IMG/VR virus record: IMGVR_UViG_3300033121_000971
Location: 1 to 64,000 of that record
DNA: 64,000 nt
Direction: 5' to 3' (one strand)
From: a virus
Lineage: Duplodnaviria > Caudoviricetes
Position 1 is the stretch's first letter. Each line of letters opens with the position of its first letter. This document shows, one piece after another, positions 28,438 to 37,990 of this stretch. The position numbers and the translations under genes are program-made. The notes beneath the pieces are model-generated. The model saw only the letters and a list, made by a program, of their open reading frames with translations, made no database searches and was not told the DNA's origin.

Positions 28438-28764
28438 ATGATAACAGCAGAGAACATAACAATTATAGAAAACGGTCAAGTGCGTCCTTATATTAAATAT
28501 ATATCTATAAAAATAGATTGTAATCTGGATAAAGTTTATTTTTTTGGTGAACGCTTTATTAAAGATGATACTAAAGTAGATATGGTTGTAGTATCAAGAA
28601 AGCAGTATGCTAATGGGGCTGTACTAGAACCAGTTTTATACTCTTTCAAGGGTGTAGTTAACTCTATGTCTACTGTAGATAATAAATTAACAATAGATAT
28701 AACTACTGAATGGGATGAGTATGAAGATGAGGAATTCCCAAAGAAAACAATAAACAATGGCTAA
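28438..28764 (+). CDS. hypothetical protein
   Basis: in-operon ORF. Confidence 0.65.
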   Translation: MITAENITIIENGQVRPYIKYISIKIDCNLDKVYFFGERFIKDDTKVDMVVVSRKQYANGAVLEPVLYSFKGVVNSMSTVDNKLTIDITTEWDEYEDEEFPKKTINNG

Positions 28765-29617
28765 TCTTGTAAAAGTAGGTAACGTAAAAACTTCATTTAT
28801 ATTTTTAGGTGAACACTGTGAAATACAGGTTTGCTTTTTAGATAAAACAGCTCAAGCTCCTGTTACTGTTACTAAACCCTCATTCCAGATTCTAGATTCT
28901 AATGGTAACGAAGTTGCTGTAAGAATCCTTAAACATCTTTCTCCTATGGAGAACAGAGAAGGCTACTACAAAGTTACTTTCCTTGCTACCAATGCTTTAA
29001 CTGACGGTAAGTACGATTTAGTATTTTCAGGCTATTACCCAGATGACAGCAAACCTAAAAATAAAATTGAGATTAAAAGTAGCATAGAGATTGTCCCAGT
29101 AGATAATCTTCAAATCACTATGGAGCTTCTTAAAAGAAGAGTGCATGACCATTTAACAGAGTTCTATCAGATAGATGACCCAGAAACTTATAAGTTTGAT
29201 GATGGTGATTTGTATAGTGCTTTAAAGATGGCTACTGACAGGTGGAATGAACAGCCTCCAGTAACAGAAGAAGGATTTAATAATTTAGCTTCTACTATTG
29301 ATAACTTTCCTTTTCCAGCACTGCAGATAGATTTAGCTGAATGCTATTTATTAACTCCAGAGCTTTTACTTGAAATTTGGAATACGATATCTTATTCAGA
29401 TGATATCTCTTTTAATATAAATCGTGCTCCGATGTTACAATCTTACATTCAATGGAAGATGCAGGATATAACACAGAGACTGGCAAAGATTAAACCAGAC
29501 TGGACATGGAGACATACAAGAGTTAAAGGTATTAAGTCAACTAAGATTCCTACAAGGGCATTAAGGCAATTAAGCTTTATCCCTCAACTCTCATTTATAA
29601 GCACAGGTGGTTACTAA
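28757..29617 (+). CDS. head-tail adaptor (neck) protein with N-terminal Ig-like domain
   Basis: GYYKVTF...GKYDL beta sandwich; helical FDDGDL...WNEQPP domain; synteny. Confidence 0.55.
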   Translation: MANLVKVGNVKTSFIFLGEHCEIQVCFLDKTAQAPVTVTKPSFQILDSNGNEVAVRILKHLSPMENREGYYKVTFLATNALTDGKYDLVFSGYYPDDSKPKNKIEIKSSIEIVPVDNLQITMELLKRRVHDHLTEFYQIDDPETYKFDDGDLYSALKMATDRWNEQPPVTEEGFNNLASTIDNFPFPALQIDLAECYLLTPELLLEIWNTISYSDDISFNINRAPMLQSYIQWKMQDITQRLAKIKPDWTWRHTRVKGIKSTKIPTRALRQLSFIPQLSFISTGGY

Positions 29618-29883
29618 TGTTTAAAACAGCTAAAGAAGAAGGCAGTGAAAAATTTAGAGTAGACCCTTTTAAAAAAGTAGTCTATGAACAGGAACCAGAA
29701 GAAGATGAGACTGAAAAAGTTTCTGAAGATGATTTTTCTAACAAAAGTTTATCCGATAAGCTTGATGTAATATTTGACATGTTGAAAGACATGAATAGAA
29801 AAATAGATGAGAATCAAAGACAGAACGCTGGAGCTTTGGAAGATTTAAGTTTAATTGCTGGGAGGGAACATGAAGGAAGTTAA
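29617..29883 (+). CDS. small acidic protein starting MFKTA
   Basis: TAATG coupling. Confidence 0.65.
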   Translation: MFKTAKEEGSEKFRVDPFKKVVYEQEPEEDETEKVSEDDFSNKSLSDKLDVIFDMLKDMNRKIDENQRQNAGALEDLSLIAGREHEGS

Positions 29884-30247
29884 AGATTTTCTTAATGCGA
29901 TGCTCTCTACCAGAGGGGAACCAAAAAAGATTTTATCCGTACTAAAAGGAGATTACACTCCAGAAGTACAGGAAACCTTTATTCAAAAAAGAGCCAGACT
30001 GCAAAAACTAGGCTGGGAAAAAGTTGCCAGACTTGCAAAGACTAATAGTAATATAGATACTACTTCCAAGGATGGAGATAAAGTTTTAATTAAGTTGGAT
30101 AGTTTACTAGATTGGAAACAAAAAGAGACCTTCATGAAACATTATATGAACGGTAACTTTGAAATAGATGGAGTTTACTTTAGTGAGCTTGACCCCATGG
30201 AGCAGAGCAAGATTAGAATAAAGTTTAATGATTTAAGATATTCCTAG
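29870..30247 (+). CDS. hypothetical protein
   Basis: ATG 29870 after GGAGG. Confidence 0.65.
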   Translation: MKEVKDFLNAMLSTRGEPKKILSVLKGDYTPEVQETFIQKRARLQKLGWEKVARLAKTNSNIDTTSKDGDKVLIKLDSLLDWKQKETFMKHYMNGNFEIDGVYFSELDPMEQSKIRIKFNDLRYS

Positions 30248-30296
30248 CTACAACTTGATTTTTTAATATTTTTTTAAAGTTATAACTTACACCCTT

Positions 30297-30944
30297 TTGT
30301 ACGAACCAATAGTCTATACAGGAAACGAAGGTCTAGAATTCATAGTCAATAATGGAGCTATGTGGTTAGACACATCTACTCTAATACAAGTAGAGGAAGC
30401 TTTTATTCTAGGCTTACAGAACTGGATTACCTATTTACAGGAGAACGGGCACTACGATGCTACTACAAAGACCTATATAGCCTCTGTATATGCTCAGGAG
30501 AAAGCTCAGGCTCATCAGATAGCTGTAGAGGTTACTACCTCAGAAACAGAAGCAGAGGGGCTAGGACAGAACGAGAGACAACTATTCTGGAAAGATGGGG
30601 ATGAGACTAGAGAATTTTTAGTTAAAGGTGGAGCTTTCACTTTTAATGTTGTTTTGCATTGCAATAGTGTTACAAGAGCTTCGGCATCTTACTTGGCTGA
30701 TGTTGTAAAATTAGGACTGGAAACTGAAGTTGATAATTACTTGTCAAGCATTGGAGTTAACATTCCAGCATCAAGTGTATCTATCAGTGCTCCGAAAGTA
30801 GAAGACATTACAGCTAACATGAAGAACTGGTCAATAGACGTTAGTATAAATAAAGTTTTAGTTTATTGGAACCGTGTTCTGGAAAAAAGCGGAGAAGTTT
30901 TAAGAAATTATAATTATTATTTAACTAGATTGAATGGCTCTTAA
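30297..30944 (+). CDS. tail terminator-like neck protein
   Basis: alpha/beta pattern and synteny only. Confidence 0.45.
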   Translation: MYEPIVYTGNEGLEFIVNNGAMWLDTSTLIQVEEAFILGLQNWITYLQENGHYDATTKTYIASVYAQEKAQAHQIAVEVTTSETEAEGLGQNERQLFWKDGDETREFLVKGGAFTFNVVLHCNSVTRASASYLADVVKLGLETEVDNYLSSIGVNIPASSVSISAPKVEDITANMKNWSIDVSINKVLVYWNRVLEKSGEVLRNYNYYLTRLNGS

Positions 30945-31437
30945 CCTTAATACTATAAAACAATTTTTCCTTCAGGAGTCTAAACGTGGAGTCGTTGATG
31001 ACAAGATTCTGAACGAACTTCAGGTTGATTTGATAAGAGTGTATGAAGATATGTACTCCACTCAAGTAATGTATGATGATATGCAGGAAAATCCTGAAAA
31101 GTATTTTGCAGGTGAAGCATTTTTAAATTCTCCTGACTTTTTAGATGACCCTTTTATTGAGAATGAAACAGCTTTTGAAGAGATTCAGAGAAGATTGCCA
31201 AAAGCTCAAGTAATTTCTATGAGTGCTACTTATACTCCAGAGATGTTAAAAGAAGTGTTGAGTAAATTGAAAAGGGCAAAAACAGATAAGCAAAAAATTA
31301 TTGCAATAAATGAAGCTTTAAACCAAGCTCATGACTCTGGAAATATTCTGGGACAAGATTATGATAATCTTAGAAATTCCCTTGGTAAAAAACTTAGTAG
31401 TATAAAATCAATTTTAATTAAATTAATAAATGGGTAA
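30934..31437 (+). CDS. tag-bearing hypothetical protein (tag at C-terminus)
   Basis: ends KKLSSIKSILIKLING. Confidence 0.65.
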   Translation: MALNLNTIKQFFLQESKRGVVDDKILNELQVDLIRVYEDMYSTQVMYDDMQENPEKYFAGEAFLNSPDFLDDPFIENETAFEEIQRRLPKAQVISMSATYTPEMLKEVLSKLKRAKTDKQKIIAINEALNQAHDSGNILGQDYDNLRNSLGKKLSSIKSILIKLING

Positions 31438-33496
31438 ATCAGTAAACTTATATATAGATTTAAAAGACAGTATATTTCAAACTCCCAGAAATAATGCTGT
31501 AGTACAATTATTTAATTACCCTGCTACGTTAACTGACGGTACTATTATAGGTACTCAGGCAGTATCTTCAGATGGTACAACTGTAAAAGGTTATCAATCT
31601 GCAAACAGAGGCAGATATCATTTTAGAAATATACCTAGCGGTAAATATTATACTGTAGTTGTCTCTGGCGGAGGTATTACTACTTTTGTTCCAGAAGGTT
31701 TTGAAAAATGGTCTGTAACACAAGCTCCAGATTTTACAGGAACAGATGTTCCATGGAAAGATGGGGAAGTTGATTCTGTTGCTACAAAGATTGAAAGCTT
31801 AAGTGTAGGGTCTTCTTCTGGTGTAAATCTTGGAGATGGCACAGGAGTATTTTTTCAAAAAGTAGGTTCAGTATTTCAATTCAAGACTTTGAAGTCTGGA
31901 GCTAACATGTCTATAAGTACTGATTCTTCTACTATAACATTTACTAGTGCTCAAGATGGAACTACTAATACACGTCTTAGTGTATTAGAAGCTTCAGATA
32001 TAATTCAGGATGTAGAGATAGCTGACCTTATAACTTCAGACGGAACACAGAACACAAGATTAACTTCAAGAGAAGTTGTAGATGGTACTCAGAATACAAG
32101 ATTAACAGTTGTAGAAGGTTCTGTAGCTACTAACTCAAGTAACATAACTACGTTACAAACTTCAGATGGTACACAAAATACTAGGCTTACTGCTATTGAA
32201 TCAAAAGATGGAACGCAGGATACTACTTTAACTGCTTTGATTTCTTCTGCAAGTACTAATAGTTCTAACATAACTACCTTACAAACATCTGACGGTACTC
32301 AAAATACCAGACTTACGACTATTGAAGGAGCTTATGCTTCAACAGGTGTGAATGTAGGAACAGGTGAAGGACTATTTATTGATAAATCTGGAACAACTTT
32401 AAGATTCAAACCTTTAAAACAAGGTTCCAATATTACTTTGACTTCTGATTCAACTTCTGTTACTATAGCAAGTTCTGCATCAGGAGAAGTTAACACAGCT
32501 TCTAACTTAGGTGCAGGAACAGGAGTATTTGCTCAGAAGTCTGGTGTTGATTTACAATTCAAAAGCTTAAGGGTATCCAGTGATAGTACTGTAAGCACTG
32601 ACACAACCACAGTTACAATTAGCAGAGTCACACCAACTAATATTAAATATGTTTCTCCAGCCTTCTCAGGTCTTGGAGCTCCATACTACACTACTCCAGC
32701 TTTAGCTGTGGCGAGTGCAGTTAGTGGTGACCTCATAATTGTATTTCCAGCTACCTATGATGGTGCTGGTTCACCATGTATTACACTTAAGGATGGGGTT
32801 AACTGGTATCTTCACAAAGGGGTAACTCTGACAAATACAAGTGGTACAACAATTCATACTATTACTGACGGAGGAGCCAGTATTACCTGCACAATTTCTG
32901 GTGAGGGTGATATTTCAAGAATAACAGCAGGTACAGGAAGTGCAGTTTACCTTTCAGGAGCCTCAACAAATTTTACACTGTATTGTAATACTATAACTAA
33001 TTCCCAAGGTGTTACTTTGTATCTTGGAAACTATCCTTCAGGAATATCTTTTATAAAGGCAAAGTCAATTTCTTGTACTGGTGCTTTTACAACAATAAGT
33101 AATTCCAGTTCAGGTACTATTGAGGCAGATACAATTACAGGAACTTCAGGAAGTGTAGTTACACATTCAGCAGGTACAGTGTATCTTAAAGTAAAAGAGG
33201 TAAGTACAGCAACTTCAGGTGTAAGAGGAGTTTATATGGATAATACAGGAACCTTACATATCATGTGTAACAGGATAAAAACTACTTCAGGAAATCCTAT
33301 AAGAAAAGATGGAGGTACAATGTATTTATATGGAGGTTTGGTTTTGGTAGCAAGTCCCAGTGTGGATACCATAACCGCAGGAACAGCACAAAATGTATCC
33401 TATTATGGTACAATTGTTGGTAGTTATACTGTAAATGCAAACATAACCAATATTATTACAGGAACTTCTTTAATAAATGATACTGATGTAGCATAA
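31430..33496 (+). CDS. fibre/whisker protein (coiled-coil repeats plus beta-helix tip)
   Basis: DGTQNTRLT repeats, three N(L/V)GxGxG..FKxL modules, Gly/Thr-rich C-terminus. Confidence 0.75.
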   Translation: MGKSVNLYIDLKDSIFQTPRNNAVVQLFNYPATLTDGTIIGTQAVSSDGTTVKGYQSANRGRYHFRNIPSGKYYTVVVSGGGITTFVPEGFEKWSVTQAPDFTGTDVPWKDGEVDSVATKIESLSVGSSSGVNLGDGTGVFFQKVGSVFQFKTLKSGANMSISTDSSTITFTSAQDGTTNTRLSVLEASDIIQDVEIADLITSDGTQNTRLTSREVVDGTQNTRLTVVEGSVATNSSNITTLQTSDGTQNTRLTAIESKDGTQDTTLTALISSASTNSSNITTLQTSDGTQNTRLTTIEGAYASTGVNVGTGEGLFIDKSGTTLRFKPLKQGSNITLTSDSTSVTIASSASGEVNTASNLGAGTGVFAQKSGVDLQFKSLRVSSDSTVSTDTTTVTISRVTPTNIKYVSPAFSGLGAPYYTTPALAVASAVSGDLIIVFPATYDGAGSPCITLKDGVNWYLHKGVTLTNTSGTTIHTITDGGASITCTISGEGDISRITAGTGSAVYLSGASTNFTLYCNTITNSQGVTLYLGNYPSGISFIKAKSISCTGAFTTISNSSSGTIEADTITGTSGSVVTHSAGTVYLKVKEVSTATSGVRGVYMDNTGTLHIMCNRIKTTSGNPIRKDGGTMYLYGGLVLVASPSVDTITAGTAQNVSYYGTIVGSYTVNANITNIITGTSLINDTDVA

Positions 33497-34248
33497 TGTC
33501 AAACTTATCTATAATATATTTAGGCAATCAACCTACTCTTAAATGGTCTCCTTTTCCAGATTCTATAAAATATAGAATCTACAGAGGCACTACAAAAGAT
33601 AATCTGGAAAAGTTAGCCGATACAGATTTACTTCAGTATCAAGACAATTCTCCAGAAGCAAATCTTATGAAAAAATTTGATAGAGTAAAGTACTTTTATC
33701 AAATTGCTTCAGTAAGAGAAGACGGTACAGAGGAAAAATTTTCTGATATAATAAATTGTTATCAGGAAATAAAATATCCTTATGCTGGAATTCTTAAAAC
33801 AATTGTAAGAAGAAATAATTTAATGCTTGACAGAATGACTGGGGAGGATTGTACCTTCTATATAAAGAAAGGTGCAGGTCAAAGATGTCCTGATTGTTTT
33901 AATGAAATAACCAGAGACGTTGACAGTGAAAGTCCTTTCTGCAGTACTTGCTATAACACTACTTTTGTAGGTGGTTATGTTCAGGTACAGGGTAAAGTAA
34001 GAATTAAGAATGCTACAGAGCAGGAAGTAAGAACACTCTATGGTATGGTAATTGAATCTAATGGTAGAGTTGGCTGGACAGCAAATTACCCTCTAGTAGA
34101 TAATGGAGACTTGATTAAAACTATTTCTGGGGAGATATATGTAATAGATAACTTACTAAGAAGAAGCCAGAAGGATTTTGTTACTTTACAGACTTTTACC
34201 GTTAAAACATTGAAAACTACTGATAACCTATACTCTGTTGTAGTATGA
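33496..34248 (+). CDS. neck/head-closure-like protein with Zn finger
   Basis: FN3-like N-terminus; CPDC...CSTCYNTTFVGGY; synteny. Confidence 0.55.
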   Translation: MSNLSIIYLGNQPTLKWSPFPDSIKYRIYRGTTKDNLEKLADTDLLQYQDNSPEANLMKKFDRVKYFYQIASVREDGTEEKFSDIINCYQEIKYPYAGILKTIVRRNNLMLDRMTGEDCTFYIKKGAGQRCPDCFNEITRDVDSESPFCSTCYNTTFVGGYVQVQGKVRIKNATEQEVRTLYGMVIESNGRVGWTANYPLVDNGDLIKTISGEIYVIDNLLRRSQKDFVTLQTFTVKTLKTTDNLYSVVV

Positions 34249-34718
34249 CTTTAAAACAAATTAAAGCTATACTTAAAAAATTAGTTTCTACACTAAATCC
34301 TGAAGATTACATTGATACAGTATCTAGTATTATGGATACAGATTTAGAAGATGCTGAAATTACAGCTTACGAACTTGTTAAAGAGTATAATTCTCTTCCT
34401 GACCCGTTTTTAGTTTATAGAGGTATAAGTTTAGGGCATCCTTCTGAGTTTAGTTATGAGTATGGTAAAGCTGTAGAAGATGGTCAAGGTCACTCATGGA
34501 CTACAGAAAAATCAGTAGCAGAAAGATTTGGTAATTTTATACTATGTGGGCTTGTAAAAAAAGTAGCTGTAGATTGGGATATGACTGTCCATAATAGAGT
34601 TTACTTTCTACTCGAAGATGAGTATGAGATTGTAGTACATGACCAGAAGAAAGTAAAATTGTTAAAAATAGAAGATTCTAATGGAAATGATGTGACCAAA
34701 TTGTTTAAATTACAATAA
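34245..34718 (+). CDS. tag-bearing ADP-ribosyltransferase-like protein (R-S-E type)
   Basis: VYRGI...SWTT...EYEIVV after MTLKQIKAILKKL. Confidence 0.62.
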   Translation: MTLKQIKAILKKLVSTLNPEDYIDTVSSIMDTDLEDAEITAYELVKEYNSLPDPFLVYRGISLGHPSEFSYEYGKAVEDGQGHSWTTEKSVAERFGNFILCGLVKKVAVDWDMTVHNRVYFLLEDEYEIVVHDQKKVKLLKIEDSNGNDVTKLFKLQ

Positions 34719-34744
34719 AGACTGCTAGATAATTAACTTAAAAA

Positions 34745-34763
34745 TTTGTATTTATTATATAGA
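34745..34763 (+). promoter_or_regulatory. putative late promoter motif, copy 5
   Basis: exact match ahead of tail operon; last base is the A of ATG 34763. Confidence 0.7.
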
Positions 34764-35008
34764 TGACAACCGAACAGGAAAAAAAGGTGCTATCAGAGCT
34801 TAAAACTAACTATATTTATGATTTAAGCAAGGCTGTGCCTAATTTATTGCGAAAAAGTTCTATAGATATTAAGTTAAAGCTCTCTGAAATACTCCAAACC
34901 AGTGATTCCCAAGAGCTGGCAGAAGCAAAAACTTTTGTAGAGCAGTCTGCAAACATAATGGGTTCCGATGTTGTCAACACATTGATTGAAGCAATAGAAA
35001 AATATTAA
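34763..35008 (+). CDS. hypothetical protein
   Basis: ORF between promoter motif and sheath. Confidence 0.6.
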   Translation: MTTEQEKKVLSELKTNYIYDLSKAVPNLLRKSSIDIKLKLSEILQTSDSQELAEAKTFVEQSANIMGSDVVNTLIEAIEKY

Positions 35009-35024
35009 AATGAGGAACTAACCC

Positions 35025-36716
35025 TTGGCATCAATAGAAATAAAAACACAAAGAGTAGAGAACCAAGGTTCTCAGCCTAATTTTACAAGACCTCAATTAG
35101 TAGGTGTTGTTGGTCTGTCTTTAGGAAGTAACACTCCTGTAGCAGATGTTCCAACAAATTTAACTGTATCAGATGGTACATCAGATACCTTAACAGGGTA
35201 TGTAGTAAGAAGTATTGATAAAGTAGCTCTTGCTAAAAATGATACTGTTAACGTATTTACAAAAGATGTAGACTATACTTTAGTTGCCCCTAATGTTATA
35301 AAGTGGCTTAACAATACTATGAGTGCTCCAGAACTTGAAGGTTCTGTTGTTAGCTCAGGTGGTTCAGGCATTGGTACAACAGCAGTAAACTATAAGATTA
35401 CAGTTCTTGACCAGAACTCAGAAGAATCACTCCCTTCTAATACTGTTATTTTGACAGGTGATAGCGGAACTGTTTCTCACAAACTAGACTGGGTAAAAGT
35501 TCCTTTTGCTAGCGGTTATAAAATTTATGACTCAACAGCAGGAAGATTGATTACTACAATTACTAATGCTAACACTGTAACGTATACCAGAACAGATAAC
35601 TCAACTTCAGCAGGAACACCTCCTGCAACAGCTAAGGCTAGAAGAGTTCCTAAAACAGGTACAGGTTCAGATAGTACATACTATGCATCTTTCACAAGTG
35701 TAACTTACAACTATGATGTTAATAGCTATACAAGTGTTAATCAGGTAGAACAAGCTCATGGTACAGGTAGTGACTTAACTAACGTTGCTATGATTGGTTT
35801 TCAGGATATGAAAGTATCAGAAATGTATATTTGTGCAGTAGACGGTACTACAAATAGTGCATTCCAATCTGCAATAGATAAGTTTGCAAACAATGAAGAC
35901 ATACAGTATATCGTTGCTTTAAAAGATTCAACAACAGTACAATTATACACAGTTAACCATGCAAAGACTTATTCAAGTGATGAAAACAAGAAAGAAAGAT
36001 TTGCAGTTGTAAATATCAGCAACGGTGTTACTAGTGTTGGTACTCCTTCTACTCCAGATACAATCAGATACTGGTTGGCTTACTTTGGTGGAGAAAAGAG
36101 AGCTATTGTTCCAGTTGCTAATGGTAATAAAGTATATAGAAATATATGGCAGGAGACAGATGGTAGTGTAACTGATAATAAATTAGTTCCTAACCACTTC
36201 TTAAGTGCTGGTGTTGCTTTTAGAGCTACAATGGTTCCTAAAGTTTCTGAGTCAATTGCTTACCAATTCTTAGACGGCTTTAACTACGGTGCAACAGGTG
36301 CTCCTTGGAATGATTCAGTAGAGTCTGAAAAGATTACATCTGAAGGTGGTATGTATATTACTTCTGCTAATGGTAGATTAAGAATATACAATGATAACAC
36401 AAATGACCCTTCAATAACTGAAAACTTCCAGAGGTCAGTACTTACAGCCGAAGATGAGTTAAGACGCAGATTAAGAACTTCAGTAGAGCCTTACATTGGT
36501 AACATAATTACTGATGGTTTAGTAGGTGCTATTTGGAGAAAGACTCGTGATGTACTTCAAATCATGGTTCAGGAAAGCTTAATTGAAAGCTTTAATGAAA
36601 ATGAGATAGTAGTTGAGCAAGATGCTTTAGTAAAAACTCAGGTTAATATTAGTTTTGCATACGGTGCTTTATATCCAATGTTGAGAGTAATATTTAAATA
36701 TTCATTTAATTTATAA
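35025..36716 (+). CDS. tail sheath protein
   Basis: KKERFAVV, SVLTAEDELRRRLR...YIG, YGALYPMLRVIFKYSFNL sheath C-terminus; 563 aa; precedes tube. Confidence 0.85.
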   Translation: MASIEIKTQRVENQGSQPNFTRPQLVGVVGLSLGSNTPVADVPTNLTVSDGTSDTLTGYVVRSIDKVALAKNDTVNVFTKDVDYTLVAPNVIKWLNNTMSAPELEGSVVSSGGSGIGTTAVNYKITVLDQNSEESLPSNTVILTGDSGTVSHKLDWVKVPFASGYKIYDSTAGRLITTITNANTVTYTRTDNSTSAGTPPATAKARRVPKTGTGSDSTYYASFTSVTYNYDVNSYTSVNQVEQAHGTGSDLTNVAMIGFQDMKVSEMYICAVDGTTNSAFQSAIDKFANNEDIQYIVALKDSTTVQLYTVNHAKTYSSDENKKERFAVVNISNGVTSVGTPSTPDTIRYWLAYFGGEKRAIVPVANGNKVYRNIWQETDGSVTDNKLVPNHFLSAGVAFRATMVPKVSESIAYQFLDGFNYGATGAPWNDSVESEKITSEGGMYITSANGRLRIYNDNTNDPSITENFQRSVLTAEDELRRRLRTSVEPYIGNIITDGLVGAIWRKTRDVLQIMVQESLIESFNENEIVVEQDALVKTQVNISFAYGALYPMLRVIFKYSFNL

Positions 36717-36728
36717 TAGGAAAACAAA

Positions 36729-37280
36729 ATGTCAGGTACATTTCAGAAAAATATTGGATTAGTAAAATCTAAAACTCCGTTGCAAGATACTAAAAATCGT
36801 GACGGAGAAGTTTTACTTTCTACACAGATTTCTATATTAGACCAAGATGGGTATGCCATCGGTTTTATAACTGGGTTTACTCCTTCACAAACTAGGTCTA
36901 CAGAAAGAATAAGACACATATCTCATGCTGATGCTGGGCGTGTTATTGAGCAAGCTCCTAAACCTGAAGATGTTAGCATCCAAGTGAATGGCTTTGCTTT
37001 ATATAACACTGTAGCAGAAAAAGGAAATTTAGCACAGAGATTAGGTGCTTGGAATCCAAGTCGTGCATTTGCATCACTTCAAGAACAGCAGTATGGGTTT
37101 ACTTTAATAGTAGTAGAAAAGAATCCTAAAACTGGTGAAACAGCAGATGTAAGAGAATATCAAGACTGCTGGCTACAAAGTTATAGCAAACCTATCAGCG
37201 TAGGTAATGCTACTATTAGTGATTCTGCATCTATATTTGCAAGTAGGATAGTAAGACCAGACAACTGGAAAGCTCTTTAA
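36729..37280 (+). CDS. tail tube protein
   Basis: follows sheath; AIGFI...QTRSTERI...YQDCWLQSYS pattern. Confidence 0.8.
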   Translation: MSGTFQKNIGLVKSKTPLQDTKNRDGEVLLSTQISILDQDGYAIGFITGFTPSQTRSTERIRHISHADAGRVIEQAPKPEDVSIQVNGFALYNTVAEKGNLAQRLGAWNPSRAFASLQEQQYGFTLIVVEKNPKTGETADVREYQDCWLQSYSKPISVGNATISDSASIFASRIVRPDNWKAL

Positions 37281-37292
37281 TAGGGGGCTTCC

Positions 37293-37736
37293 ATGAGTCT
37301 AAAACCTTTAATAGCCACACTTAAAGAACTGACTAGCAGTTTTTTAGAAGACAATATGGAAGTATTAAAAGATTTAATACTTTTACACAGAGAAGGCAAG
37401 AGCCAGCAAGAACTTAAAAGCTTGCTGGTACAAGAGAACAAGTACAACAGAAAACAAATAAAAACTTTACTTACTTGGGTTGAACGTTTTGGAGACGACC
37501 AAGCAGAGCTACAATATTTATTTACAGACAAATCTGTAAGTGATAAAGGTGTCATAAGCAAAGCTTCTATAGACCACTTCTTAATTAATTTTCATAACAA
37601 TCTTGATGCTCTAAAAGGTAAAAACTTGGCAGAGCAGAGACAGATATTACACACTATAAATAACGGCTTACAAGGTCTAGATAAAACTATCTCACTTATA
37701 AATAGTAATCTGAGTAAAGGTGTAATAATACAATGA
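37293..37736 (+). CDS. tag-like N-terminus helical protein
   Basis: MSLKPLIATLKEL. Confidence 0.65.
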   Translation: MSLKPLIATLKELTSSFLEDNMEVLKDLILLHREGKSQQELKSLLVQENKYNRKQIKTLLTWVERFGDDQAELQYLFTDKSVSDKGVISKASIDHFLINFHNNLDALKGKNLAEQRQILHTINNGLQGLDKTISLINSNLSKGVIIQ

Positions 37737-37987
37737 AAAATTTAATTGTCACACTAAGGAAGGTATGTGAGTCTCAGGATGACCAAGTTGCTGAATTTCC
37801 AGAGTACAAAATACTAGAAGAGATACAAGGGTTACAGGATGCTTTTAAAAGCTTGTACCAAACTAAAGATTTAGCCACACAAGAACGAAGAATTAAAGAA
37901 CTCGCTTCTGTAGCTTCTAACATTAAGAAGACTATGGAATACTTAACCCACATGAACCAAAGTGGTAAAACTATAAAATTTGTTTAA
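37733..37987 (+). CDS. small helical protein
   Basis: MKNLIVTLRKV; ATGA coupling. Confidence 0.6.
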   Translation: MKNLIVTLRKVCESQDDQVAEFPEYKILEEIQGLQDAFKSLYQTKDLATQERRIKELASVASNIKKTMEYLTHMNQSGKTIKFV

Positions 37988-37990
37988 ACA

